A stretch of 64,000 nt of DNA from Phoronis australis (taxonomy: Eukaryota; Animalia; Phoronida): NCBI GenBank assembly GCA_002633005.1, contig NMRA01000011.1, positions 842,855 to 906,854 of the forward strand, given 5' to 3'. Made by a program: the position numbers and the translations under genes. Every line of letters begins with the position of its first letter. The first letter of the stretch is position 1. Under the pieces are notes generated by a model. It did not search any database. It was not told where the DNA came from and saw only the letters and a program-made list of their open reading frames with translations. Below are positions 39,293 through 51,832 of this stretch, piece by piece.

Positions 39293-39406
39293 ATCCCCCC
39301 ACCATCCTCGCTCACGGTCCAGAGGTGGCAGCAGTAGTGCTAGTAGTGAAAGGAGTCCAAGGAGAAAGCTGAGTAGAGCTGAGGAAAGGAAGAAGGACTA
39401 TGACAG
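39293..39406 (+). CDS. BCLAF1/THRAP3-like exon 3
   Basis: cag| ... |gtgcgt; SPHHPRSRSRGG...KKDYDR. Confidence 0.85.
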
Positions 39407-40242
39407 GTGCGTTGTACAACACAATATCTTAGTTCCATACACAGCCTGTCCCGTGAACAACTTGCACTTAGTGCAAATTGCTCCTCAAAAAGTGGAGCGT
39501 CCACACACACATATCTGATAACTAGCATAAGGCGGAAGTTGTTGCTCTGTACACGACAATGAGTAACTGACACGAATACAGCGGAAAAAAGAAAGGACCC
39601 ATGTGAATGTAACCACAGCTGGCAATTACTTTCGGCTTGACCGAGGCTTGCGGCTACATAGCGATTAGAAGTGGCGCAAATAACCCTAGAAAAAGTTAAC
39701 TCACATCGATAAGGTATAGTAAGTTGTTGCAAGTGGGGCAAATTGCACTAGTTTAAATAGCATCCAGTCTCCAAACCTCGCAACAACTTACTCTAGGAGT
39801 AACTTGTAGGGTGTGGTGTAAGTCTGTGTGGACGGCACTTTAGTGGTCTTCTCACTTCACAGCTTTATACTGTTGATAATTAAAACAAAGCAGTTAGTGC
39901 CTGGCATTCATCAACGTCCTGTTTCACATGTCTTTGTAATGTGTTCAAGTTTAAAAGTTGTATTCATCAGTATAATGTAGATTACGTGATATCGCTGAAT
40001 ATAACGTTTGGACTTGTATAGGCATATTGTAAGTAGGATGTTGATGGGACATGGTTATTTTTAATTTGGGTCATGAGAAATAGGTCAATTGCTTGAATTT
40101 ATTTGGTCTGGGAATGTGCCTGATATAATGAATTCTTGGTAGGATATGGCAGTACTATTCCTATGTATGTGGGATAACTTAAAAATATTTGTAAAAAAAT
40201 CTTGACATGTCATGTTTTGAAATGTCTTATTGCTTTTTGCAG

Positions 40243-40362
40243 GTCACCTCACGCTGCCAAACAGAAACATGCAAGTTCAAATGAGGCGACCACCCAAAGA
40301 CCGATGGACAGGTTTCAGCCAGCAGAACGTGCCCGAACACCTGTGGATGTTCGACTTGATAG
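40243..40362 (+). CDS. BCLAF1/THRAP3-like exon 4
   Basis: cag| ... |gtaaat; SPHAAKQKH...DVRLDR, 120 nt. Confidence 0.85.
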
Positions 40363-40815
40363 GTAAATGGTTGAGCATTCTCTGTGGTCTGATAGTGGTG
40401 ATATGTACGCACTGACACTTTTGGCTGATCATAATTCATCAAACAACTGCATCAAAAGTCTAGTTTTATATACCCTTGTAGTGCTTGTAAAATTCACCCG
40501 CTACATTGCCAATCTTTTTGAATCACAGAACCTTTGTCTTAAACTTTGCATTGTAAAACATCATGATAGTGTTGCTTTAATTGTATCTCTTCACTAAGGT
40601 TTGTCAAGTTAAGTGATAGTACCTGTTGATGCATGACTCAAGTAGACTTGTCTTATCACCAGAACTACTGCAGCTTTATAGAATGTGTTAGTGGGCGATG
40701 ATGAACTTTTTGACCAAAGATTCGTTTTGTTCTGAGAATGCAAGTCAGTAAGTGATAGCTGTCATTGAGAATTTGTGTACTGACTACTGTGTTTGTTTAA
40801 TCCAATTTTCATCAG

Positions 40816-41116
40816 GTTGGCAGCTATGAATTCTGAGTTAGACGAAAAACTACTGTACACAGAGCATGAGCCAATCAGGCAACCTCTCCAGAAAGAGGCT
40901 GCGCTACTGCGCTCCAACCCCATGGATGACAACTATGGCATTGGGGAGCTAGATTATGATGAGGAGATGCCCGCCCACAACACTCCTCCCCCTACCTCCT
41001 ACGGCCGCCGTGAGGAAGTTCTGCTTAGTGAGCGATTCCGTGACCCCCAGCAACAGGGTCATAACCCAGATCGCTACCAATTCCAAGAGAATATTACTGT
41101 CGATATTCGTCGCAAG
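40816..41116 (+). CDS. BCLAF1/THRAP3-like exon 5
   Basis: cag| ... |gttggt; LAAMNSELDEK...LSERF...ENITVDIRRK. Confidence 0.88.
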
Positions 41117-41549
41117 GTTGGTGCTGAAACATGATTGAACAACTTTTGTAGGAGTGTGAATTTTGTTGCAAAACATTTATTAAATGTTTCACTTATTGGA
41201 TTATTTATCACTAGTCTCCATAGAATGATGAAACAGACATGAGGTGCTACATGCTATTTCCCAACTGATAACTCTGAATGATACAAACTTGTTGGGCTTT
41301 GAATAGTTCTAACCACTATCTGATGATTGTCATCTTTTGTTGGGAACTGGAGAACAGAGGTGACTTCACACTTAACACATTAGTCTGGCTTGGCTTGTTC
41401 AATCAATAGCGCAACAGGAATTCTTAATACTTTAATGATCTAAATGTCATAAAGGAGTTGGATACATTTGGGATGGCCCTCTATGAATTTCACTCACCCT
41501 CTCACCATGTTTTGTTCATGTCCTCTGAGCTTCATCACCCAATTATGTG

Positions 41550-41809
41550 CATGAACGCACCCAGAGGGGCTCGGGGGGCTCATTCGAGCCCCCCATTTGG
41601 AGGAGTGGGTAAAAAGGACAGCCTCAGAGAAACAAAAAGTCCGAGAAAACGAGACAAAAGTCTACTAAAAAGGCGCAGACGCACAGTTCACAAACCTGAA
41701 GGTGGTACCCCATTTTTTTTTTAGTCCTCCCGCTTTTTTGTAATAGCAAAAGGTCCACTTTGTCAAGAGATTCGAGCCCCCCCCATATTAAAGGCTGGGT
41801 GTGCGCATG
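41550..41809. mobile_element. hAT-like MITE
   Basis: Imperfect TIR catg..c.cacccag and subterminal ttcgagcccccc repeats; no clean TSD. Confidence 0.55.
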
Positions 41810-42055
41810 GTGTGTGCCCAACTAACAAAATTAGACGTCATGTAGTAGTGAAGTTTATGCAACTGAAGTCATTCTTCGTTGAAAACAAATTATTTGCACA
41901 TGACTGATTTAATTATTGTAACTGGTCTTGATCAGGAATTATTCCCGGAACTCTCATCACAGTTTCCTGTCCGTTGTTTATCTATCACTATTGCATCACA
42001 AAGTGAGTATATTGGAAAAGGTTGCCATGTGACTATAGTTGGATTTTTGTTTAAG

Positions 42056-42246
42056 GTGAAAGAAGCCTCGCCAGAGGAGATAAGGCGTGACTTCAATGTC
42101 GCATCCGTGCTGCAGTGTATTCACCGAAAGGGAGAAGGTGAGAAGCCCATATTTGCGCGAGAAGAGATCGCCCTTGCCCGCCTAGCCGCAGAGCGGGAGG
42201 AAGTGGTGGAGAAACGGGTTGTGTCCATGGCACCATCAAAATCTAG
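42056..42246 (+). CDS. BCLAF1/THRAP3-like exon 6
   Basis: aag| ... |gtgggt; VKEASPEE...GEGEKPIFAREEI...SKSR. Confidence 0.85.
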
Positions 42247-42912
42247 GTGGGTGTGTCCTTGATTGTTGTATTGTGCTGTTACGAGATACCTAGAATGAAT
42301 ATCAGCGTTGAATTCGAGTTAAACAGTTCGTATGATCTGTTGGTAGTATCCCCAAAATGTTATTTTTGCTAGTTGCGTAACTTGGTTCAGACTGTAACGA
42401 AATGTTAAAACTCCCAGTGAACTAGTTGACCATCGTAGTGTTTATCCTCAAGTGGTATTGTTATATCTGGAATTCCTGTTGAATGTTGGTGTTTATTTTT
42501 TGAATTTCTTTACTACACGAATTTTTTAATCTACGTTGCAGTTCGCGCTCGTTCCCAGAGGACTTTTCCGTCAGCCGAGATTCTCATGTATCGTCTCGAG
42601 TGTTTAGTGACCAGAACTGGGGTAGCCATATTGCTCAAGCGATGATGTCGAACCCACGTGTGTCCAAAGAACCAGTGATTCACAGGATCACTGACAATCT
42701 CAGGTTGGAAATATGCAAAGGTTTTCGACAAAAAGATGACAAAATCTGTCCTTGTTGAATGTTGGCAAAATTCTCAAACTAGGCTGTAATTTTTGTTTAA
42801 CTTGTTGCTGATTACCTTACATCCTATCTTAGTGTAATTTCTCCATCTTCATTGAGCCTGCCCTTGATTGTCAAAACAAATAGTCACCTGGTGATGTTTT
42901 GTAATTCTTCAG

Positions 42913-43041
42913 GTACGGTGATGTGGAGGAATTGTACAGTTCATCAGATCGTCGACCAGGTAATCCCAATGACTTGAGAAATGCACTACTGAGGCGGCGT
43001 CAAGACAGTGGGAGAGAGAGGTCGCCGGTGTTTGATGCTAG
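42913..43041 (+). CDS. BCLAF1/THRAP3-like exon 7
   Basis: cag| ... |gtgggt; YGDVEELY...NDLRNALLRRR...DAR. Confidence 0.88.
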
Positions 43042-43137
43042 GTGGGTTATAAGGCTGTGCTAGTCTGAAGTATCTATGAATGATCACCTTATACTTTCAA
43101 AAGTTAAGAGTTCTCAGTCTAGTCATACATCTACGCT

Positions 43138-43388
43138 AAAAATTCTCCAATTTGGAACATTGAAAAATCAATTGTTTTGGTCAAGGTCGGAGCTTGTCCC
43201 AAACTCTAGAAATAAGCAGTAGTGCTCGTTCCAATTTCAAGAATTACGAGAAAGATGGCAAAGCTACCCACTCTGTAGATTGCAATCAAATCCCTTGTTC
43301 CAAATTCTAGAACCTTGAGAAAACTGAATTTTTTCTGGAAGTTTCCGTGACCCAAATTCTAGTGAGTGTCCCAAATTGGAGAATTTTT
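43138..43388. mobile_element. MITE-like inverted repeat element
   Basis: aaaaattctccaatttgg(a/g)aca inverted at both ends. Confidence 0.55.
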
Positions 43389-43662
43389 TCCATAATCTAT
43401 ATTATTTTGTCAAATGATTGAAAACATGTTTGTTGTTGTAACTTTAGAAATAAAGAATGGATAGTTTTTGTTCAAGGATTATTTTCTGTAAAGTAACCTG
43501 TTGTGTTGACTAAATTGTCTTACATGTGCTCTGTTGTGATCTTGGATATTATGGATTTGATTTCCCAATTTTCATTAAGTGTAGTCTGTTAAACTTAAAA
43601 CTTTACTGCTCACTCAAAATGTTAGTGTTGCTCATTTTATGAAATGTACTGTGTTTGATCAG

Positions 43663-43958
43663 GCAAAAAATTTCAAGTAGCCATCGAAGTGATCAGCCCC
43701 TGTCTCATCGCCTGGGCCATGGCAGTAGCAAACAAGAAATAACCTCTGGTCACCGTGACAGGCGTAACAAATTGTCAGGTCGCAGCAGTAGTGGAGATCG
43801 TCACGGGGGTTCACGAGACAGACGAGATTCTTCACGACATGGTGGGGATGACGGGCGAGGGTCAAAAAGTGACATTCAGCGCAAGATGTTGGGTATAGCT
43901 GCAGAGTCAATGGAGGTGCCTACGAAGGAGGGTGCCCCAGACTTCTCAAGGAGACCAA
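43663..43958 (+). CDS. BCLAF1/THRAP3-like exon 8
   Basis: cag| ... |gtagga; within ORF 43655..44020; donor chosen for phase compatibility with exon 9. Confidence 0.8.
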
Positions 43959-44554
43959 GTAGGAATTGGTTTACTGTCTTCAAAGATAGCTTATTTGCAC
44001 CTAGACTCAGTGTTATATGAATAAACTGAAGAAAAGACATTTCAACACGTTCCGGTACTTAGCCATTGAGTGCACATATTCCGTATCCCAAAATTATGCT
44101 CAGTGTTCTTCCGCGATGTGAGAGTATGCAAATAGGTATTATTCGCTGCCCACTTTTCTGCATTGTCTTGAAATAACTTATTTTTCTCTGTTCTACTATT
44201 TTACTGACATCTGTCATCATATACAGCCTTGGTGACATGTATAATTGTCCATTTTGGAACTCAAGCAGCAAATTAATGATTTGTTCAGGGGTCAGCCCAT
44301 AGCTTCCATTCCCAAAATAATTTGATTGTTGATATGCATTTGTGTGTGTGAGCTGGTTTTCATTAATGTCTGTTGCTGTGTGTCAAGGAGACTTGAAGAC
44401 TTGACGTGGTTGATGTATGATGCAACTATGCTTGATGGACTGACTTTGTCTCGTTAGAAAAACATAGTTGGCTTACCATGAACCTCAACATGGTTTTCCC
44501 ACATACTTCACTGTTTATACGATAGAATAAGTTTTTCATCGTTCTTGAAGATGT

Positions 44555-44871
44555 TGAGCAGGTAAATTTCACTTACTACGAACATTTGTTGCGTTCGATT
44601 CAGACGCTTCCACCCTCAGCTAAGGGTCGCCTTCAACGAGTGGATTATGCACGTCTCAGTGACCCAGATCCAAAATTATGTGATACACACGAGGGAGCTG
44701 CAGTTCTTGGTCCCTATTCATGGTGGCTGCCTACATCAAGACCGGACAGCCCAGCCATCTAGGTCACCGAGACGTGTGTAATCCATTCATTGAAGAAGAC
44801 CCTTAGCTGAGGGTGAAAAAGTCCGAATCCTGTGCAACAAATGTGCCTAGCAAGTGAAATGTACCTACTTG
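44555..44871. mobile_element. Foldback MITE with ~115-bp imperfect arms
   Basis: caccctcagctaagggtc..cacgtctcagtgacccagat vs atctaggtcaccgagacgtg..gacccttagctgagggtg. Confidence 0.7.
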
Positions 44872-44933
44872 TACAGGTCTTCTTGTTAATTATCTGTAAC
44901 TGGTGAAGTCAAGTTGTGTGATGTTTATTTCAG

Positions 44934-44998
44934 ATAAAGGAACGTATGAAGCATGGAAAACAGATCCCACCCAAACACCTATCGGGGAATATTTTGAG
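44934..44998 (+). CDS. BCLAF1/THRAP3-like exon 9 (NKGTYEAWKTDPTQTPIGEYFE)
   Basis: cag| ... |gtaact. Confidence 0.88.
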
Positions 44999-45393
44999 GT
45001 AACTCTTAATAAACTGAGCATTAGTTATATTGTTGCGCATATCAGTGCTGCCATTACAAACAAATTGTGTTGGTACGTTTGTGAAATGTGTCAGTTGTAA
45101 AAATAGATCTACTTTAGAGGAAAATGTTGACTTCAAATATGTATAAGATAAAATCAAATTTTCTGCTGGAAAACAAATTTCTCAGTTTGCTGTAATCATT
45201 TATTTTTGTTTATCTTTTAAAAACTGCATAAAAGTGAGCTGCCTGTTTGATGACAATTTTATGAATTTGGCTGTAGTCTAAACTTAGTCATAGAATTCTT
45301 GAATAGTGGTTACAGAAGGTGGCCATTCAAATACACTTTTACCATTAAATTAGTATAGACCAACTTGATTGACATTGTATTGTTAATTCACAG

Positions 45394-45511
45394 CATGATA
45401 ATCGAGATGGGAAGGGGTCATTCAGAGGTCGAGGTCGAGGACGCGGCTTTGTGCCTCGAGGACGAGGAAGGGGTTTCATTAACAGGGGACGTGGCAGTTA
45501 CGGTGCCAGAG
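45394..45511 (+). CDS. BCLAF1/THRAP3-like exon 10 (HDNR + RG repeats)
   Basis: cag| ... |gtaagg. Confidence 0.9.
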
Positions 45512-46198
45512 GTAAGGCATGAATTTATTATTAATCCTTGGTTAGTACACTTTCTCAGTACTCTGACATGGTTCATAGTCATTGTTAAGTATTTAGAGAA
45601 ATAACTAATTTAACGAAGTTTAAATGTATGTTAAACTACACGACTATCGGTGAATGTTATTAGCCAAGGCTTCTGTGCCAAGTAAAACTACTTTCATGAG
45701 GTCAAAGTTTATTGCATGTGCTTATCAAGACATGTGAGGTGCAAAACATATTCATACCACTTGTTTAAGTTTAAATTCTTACATTTTTTTCAACAACTTC
45801 CTTTATGTCATGTACCTGTACAATGACTTTTTTGGACATTGTACGGTCACGTGACACAGTTGTGTTATGGGCGTTTCAAGACGTATGTAGTTTTCTTAAA
45901 TTGCATCTCTGCAATGAAAAAAAAATTGAATGCACCTGTATTAGATTAAGGAAACATCTTAGATAAATAAAACTGGCATCCTTTCTCAATCATGTTTTAT
46001 TCAATTATAAAGAAAAAAGATCAATTGCATAATGTATTAGTGATGTGCGAGTGTTTTGTGTTTCAATCTTTAGATGATAACACTGATGCTCTGTGCGTCT
46101 GTATATCTATGATCTGTACTACTACGTGGGCAGTTAACACAGAGTATCTGGAGATTTCATTATTTTACTGGTATCCCTTCATTGATATTTCTTAATAG

Positions 46199-46431
46199 GA
46201 AGAGGTACATTTGTACCTCGTGGGAGCTCTTATCGACGAGATGATGGTGGCAGAGATGAACGAGATGATGACCGTAGCAGCAGGCATCACCAGCGTGAGT
46301 CACGTGACTACCGGTCACGTGACTACAGATCGCGTGATAGTAGTCGCGCGGAGCCCGAGTGGAAACATGACAAGTTCAAGGAACTCTTAGAGGAAGAAGA
46401 TAGCAAGCCCCACAGTACGACCAAAACTTAG
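46199..46431 (+). CDS. BCLAF1/THRAP3-like last coding exon (…EPEWKHDKFKELLEEEDSKPHSTTKT*)
   Basis: tag| acceptor, TAG stop 46429-46431. Confidence 0.9.
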
Positions 46432-47144
46432 GCGGACGTACCACAGGCGGCGTGACACCAGAACGACTATTTCTGATGATATATTTCTTGTGCATGTAAT
46501 GACTTTGTGCATTAAAAAAGATTAGTGTCCTTCTGCTGTCATCAAGCAACGCAAGTGGAACCATGAAAAGGATTTGAGGATGTGCTGGTTTTCCATTTGT
46601 AGATCGTAAATACTTTTTGGAAATGGGTCAGAACACGCCACTTAGAGAAACTATCATGTCTAACATCTGTACACTTAATTTCAATATTTTCATTTTTGTC
46701 GTCTTCGTAAAACTTGTTTGTCTATATATGGTCAACTGCTCCAATGATTTCTCAACAACTACGTTAAAGGTGCGTTTCACCCTGTTGGCTAAAAATGAAA
46801 ATCGAATTGAGCCATTTAGTCTCATCAAACCAATCTCATAATATTCTCTACTATGATAGGATTCCATTTCTGTTACCAACTCCACTCACAGGCAATGCGT
46901 GTATGTGCGATTTTGGAATTTGCAATTTCAAGGTTGGCAAACCTTAATAAACTCTGAAGCCATTCTTGTGTCACCAATGGTTTCAATGTTTTTGTTGGTA
47001 ACGAAAATAGAATCCTATCGTAAGGGATATTATGGGACTGATATGAAAGTAGCATACCCAATCTGACGAAGAAATCAAGGCAAGAACAGTGCAAACAATT
47101 TACTTGGCGTTATACTCATGGCTAGTTAAGTTTGGAAGCTTTTT

Positions 47145-47150
47145 AATAAA
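47145..47150 (+). terminator. Candidate polyadenylation signal of gene 2
   Basis: AATAAA about 0.7 kb after the stop; further AATAAA copies downstream so usage is unknown. Confidence 0.3.
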
Positions 47151-48069
47151 ACAAAGTCGGTTCTGATTTTACCCAAAATCTCTTGATATGTTAAGACTGG
47201 CGAATAAATGGATTAATAGCATTGCTCGAATTTTGTGATATGTAAAGCCATCTTGTTTGTTGGTAGATTTAGACGTACAAATAGCAGATGGGTACACTTG
47301 TTACCTTCATGTCATTTATTAAATGAACTTTGAGATGTACTAGATTTTTGTACAGGAATACTAATAATACTTTTCATTGTTCAACATGATTTTTTATTTG
47401 CTGAGTTTTAAGTGTGATACTATCAAACTTTTCTATGAAATATAAGATGACTCAGTCATGTAGATATAAGAGGACAAGAACTTTACGATGCTTTAAGCTC
47501 CCACTCCTTGTCATAGAGAGTGTCACATTACAGACAGCAAGCCACAAGTCTAGGCTGTTAGTTTCACATCTGTGGATTACAGCATACCTCCGGTAATTCT
47601 CACTTTTGGGGCCAAGGCAAACACGAACAATTATCCGTTAAGATGGTTTTTTGTGTGCCTAACACGATCATGCTATGCTTCAAGAAGTGTATCCCATCGA
47701 AAAATAATTCCAAAAATGTGTTTTCCAGACATAAAACCATAAATTCGCTTCAAGACCCTAGGCATTGGTTTGAAACCTGGCAATAAACATTTTTAGGCCA
47801 ACTTATCTCCTGCTGTTGACCGTTGACCCCCAATACTGCAAGATCATGAATGATGTGTGCTTTTGCTGGCACTACCATTTCCTGTGTATGACGAAGGTCT
47901 TATGGGTCTTGATAAGTACTTGTGTTCATCTCAGAGAAGTGATACACATTTGAAACTTGACCAGTTTTACGGCACCTTGTACTTTTCAATAGATTTGTGC
48001 GAAACCACTGGCATTATCAATTCTGATCACGAGCACTGATCCAAGTTCTGTTTGAAGCAGGACACTTAT

Positions 48070-48219
48070 AACATGTTATTATTTCAACTGGCAATTATTT
48101 TTTCAAGTGGCATTCCACATTTTGAGTTTTTCATTAAATCGTGATTCAACGTTAATGAAAAACTCAAAATGTGGAATGCCACTTGAAAAAATAATTGCCA
48201 GTTGAAATAATAACATGTT
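48070..48219. repeat. Perfect inverted repeat, 68-bp arms, 14-nt spacer
   Basis: Arms 48070-48137 and 48152-48219 are exact reverse complements by eye. Confidence 0.92.
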
Positions 48220-48671
48220 TTATGACATTAGCAACTACTTTACAACAATAAAACACTAAAATTGCAAACATGTTCACTGAATCTAGGGTTTTTGTACCGT
48301 TAGGCCTGATAAATTGAAGTCCTACTGAAAAGTTAGGTTAGCGATAATTTTCCACAAAGAAATATCAAATTGGCCAAATAGTATGGATTCGGTTTGTTGA
48401 CCAAGACTTCAGTGGCAACAGATGTGCACACTTCATTGTGTTCACCGTGGTAAATAATTGTCACGTGAGTTGTGATGTGGGACAAGACGGTGTGAATGCT
48501 TCACATCTGAATTTGGAAACCATTGATGTCTAAGTTGAAACTAAATGGAGACATTTGTAATGGGAAAGATGGACGATGGATTTGAGAACCGACACGTACC
48601 TTTTCTTTTCATATTTCACTTCTACAGCCCAGTACATTAAATGCAAGTGACATATTTTTCATTGAAGTGTT

Positions 48672-48751
48672 TTATGGAAAATAGCTTCTCTGAAACTACT
48701 GCTTGCATTTAAAAATGAATGCAGTAGTTTCAGAGAAGCTATTTCCCATAA
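48672..48751. repeat. Inverted repeat, 31-bp arms with one mismatch
   Basis: ttatggaaaatagcttctctgaaactactgc / gcagtagtttcagagaagctatttcccataa. Confidence 0.9.
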
Positions 48752-49654
48752 TTCAATGCAACTTCATTTGACGTCTGCACAGACGTCACAATCTGTTCCG
48801 CTTAAACTAAAACGAATTGAATATTGTTGCCATGTTTTTATTCAGAATTACATGCAGTAAAATAAATAAATCAAAAACCTGTAAACATTGATATAAACTT
48901 TAAAATAGCTCAAAAATGCTTTCATGTGACCAGCTACAGTTACCAGTACAAGCACAGCTGAAATGTTGTAATTCATTAATATCTAATGCATATGCCATGG
49001 TATAAATAATAATGGTATTCAATTTACTGACAATTCTTTTGGATATCAAATGTTTATAAAAATACCCTTTACTTTGATTTCACACATTTAGAACTCGGAA
49101 AAAATTTTGTAGACCAAAAGATATCACTATCGTAAAACAGAGCATTACATAAATTACAACCCAAGCTATATTTTGGATTTTTTGACATGAATTTTCCAAT
49201 TTCACCAAAAGTAGAGTTTAATGTCGTTAAATTTTGACCATTCTATAGTGCATTTTCAAACGAACAGAATTTTAATATTCTGTTAACTTGAAAATTCATG
49301 TCCTGTTGAAAGGACATCACTTTGAAAATAAGTTTTGACTAATAACTGGTTTTCTGATAAAATACATTTTACTTTTATAAACTGAAAAGAAGAAAGAGCT
49401 TCGTTAAATTCCCAGTCACCAAAGCTGCCTTTAATACAGAATTGTTCAATAAAATCGAGGCAAATTCGGAACTTCTTTATTTTGTCATTAAGTTACCACA
49501 TCAACCCCTGTCTTGTTCACGTTACACCCCCAAATTTTAAATGATTCTTAAGTACACAATGGCACAAGACGAGAAAAATGCGATTAATTTTTCATTGCTG
49601 CCATAACCAATATGGCTAACAACAAAATGGCCAACAACAAAATGGCCACTCCTT

Positions 49655-49895
49655 TCACGAGACCATCATTCTTCTAACGCCACATTCACAACAAAACTTG
49701 GCCCAGTCGACAGGATACTTTGTTCCGCAGTCATGGCAGAATCTTGCCGCACTTCCTTTCCGCCTTGGCAACTCACCATCCGAGTTGCTATGGTAACCAG
49801 ATTCTGACTCGTGCATGACTTGGTGGAAAGGTCGATGTCGAACAATGTTAGAACCTGATGGAGGTCTACCACTGGCAGGTGGCGATGGTGTGTAG
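49655..49895 (-). CDS. ZC2HC1A: ZC2HC1A last exon (C-terminal zinc ribbon)
   Basis: cag| phase 2; ...FCHDCGTKYPVDWAKFCCECGVRRMMVS, TGA 49657-49655. Confidence 0.93.
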
Positions 49896-50965
49896 CTGAA
49901 GGTACAGGAAATGTGATAAGTAGTGAGGTTAGAGGTTAGTCTTCATTCTATGGTTAAACAAGATGTGATATCCGTGATTACACTGAAAAACATTGATGAA
50001 TGGTAAAGAAATTGTTATCCACAAACAAGTTAAAGATAACTAAATTTCAGCTAGCTAGTTTCAATTTTCCAGAAGCAACTTATGCCAAGCCGTAATGTCT
50101 GAAAAATTATAAATTAGCTTTCCTTCACAAAAAACAACTTTTGATTCACTTACTGTCGTGCAAATGGTCTTAAATTGTTCCTCAGTCAAATTAGAGGTTA
50201 TTGCAGGGCTTCAAATCTACTGACAGTTCATTATTCCTTAAGACTAGACTCCACAAGTTGACTTGTCTTGGCATGTCATTGTATGCACCAAGCTCTCTAG
50301 CAGTAACAAACTGTCACCAGGCCACAATTTACTTCTCATCTCAGAGGAACAAGTTGAGATCAATTTTATAACAGCATATGGTCTAAATCAAAGGTTCGCT
50401 TCTTTGATGCAACATCAAATTATAGCAGAACAGACTGTGACTAAATCATGAGCTCCAACAAATCACAACTGTTTCTAGTTTAATAACTCATTCACATGCC
50501 GGTTGTTTTACATCCTTACAAGGACGTTGTCAGAAAACATTGAGCTGTGCTCATGCAACTAATAGCCATCAATTGTTACACCTTGAGATTGGTTGAAATC
50601 AGGAAAAGCATCTATTTATCCAATCGAAAGGTGGGTTACAACGTCACCCAATGTGAACACTGAGTGAAACGAAAGAGGAGTGTTTTTCACGTGCTCCAAG
50701 CACCAACAACATTCAATTGACAGAGGGCAGCACCTATAAGGCAAGTGTGATCACAGAACCTATACAAACATGTGCTTTGTAAACACAATAAGATCGTGAA
50801 TAAAGTTTTCAGAATTGCTGCGCACAACTCGAGCTGCTTCTAACAGATGTCACTACAAGAGGCTGAAAGAATCCTGAGAGAGAGAGATAGATAGAGAGAA
50901 AGATAAAAGAAAGATGGACAGCTGATTGAAGACCTGTAAGAGTGAAGCGTGATTGAAGCACTCAC

Positions 50966-50980
50966 CCGTCGCGTGAATCA
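50966..50980 (-). CDS. ZC2HC1A: ZC2HC1A candidate 15-nt microexon (N-DSRD-G)
   Basis: catttacag|TGATTCACGCGACGG|gtgagt; frame-preserving phase 2/2, no stop. Confidence 0.6.
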
Positions 50981-51579
50981 CTGTAAATGTGTGGATGAAC
51001 ACAGCATGTTAATTTTGCTTGAAGCAATTACGTTTTGATACAACAAACACCATCACTGCATGTACCACATCAATGTTAGCCCTATAGCGCAAGATTATAG
51101 ACCAGTGGACACTTTCACAAACATTCAGGGTCCACAAAAATGAGAGCAGATTTCAATGAGCAGCATCACAGTTCCTGACGTGTTTTTCCTTTTTATTTGC
51201 ACAAGCAAAATCATATAAAGTTAAATTTATGTTGAAATGTTGTTTTTTGGAACCTGACAAAAATGCATTTCGCAAGATGCACGTGTTAAGTCAATGAAAT
51301 CACCTTTATTAAAGACTGCTTCCAGAGTCATCATTTGTATAGAGACTATAAATTAAAATTAAGTTTTCAAATAATGACATACTTCATCACTTGAAATTTT
51401 CACTGACAGCTGCAACCATGCAATAACTTAGGACCAGCATAATATTTAAGAGTTAGTTTATTAACGTCACCTCTATAATTTTTAAGAGTCAGTTTATGTT
51501 AATGAAAAACTGAAAAGTTTAACTGATCACTAACATAAGAGTAAACTCATAACATCCCATGTAAATTCTTAATTATATT

Positions 51580-51832
51580 TGACATGCATAAACTTAACAC
51601 TTACTTGTATACATTGCCAGTTGGCGATGCTTTTGACATGCATAAACACTTACTTGTATACATTGCCTGTTGGCGATGCTTTTGACATGCATAAACACTT
51701 ACTTGTATACATTGCCTGTTGGCGATGCTTTTGACATGCATAAACACTTACTTGTATACATTGCCTGTAGGCGATGCTTTTGACATGCAATAAACACTTA
51801 CTTGTATACATTGCCTGTTGGCGATGCTTTTG
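51580..51832. repeat. Minisatellite 49 bp x5 derived from ZC2HC1A exon 9 donor junction
   Basis: acttac (gtaagt on minus) at 51599, 51648, 51697, 51746, 51796. Confidence 0.93.

Larger units (their letters stand above)
35101..46431 (+). other. BCLAF1/THRAP3-like RS-rich nuclear RNA-processing protein gene, 11 coding exons, 589 aa
   Basis: Exon lengths sum to 1770 nt with consistent phases. N-terminal RS repeats, LSERF, DLRNALLRRR, WKTDPTQTPIGEYFEHDNR, RG repeats and EWKHDKF in the order of the BCLAF1/THRAP3 (Btz-like) C-terminus. Confidence 0.8.
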
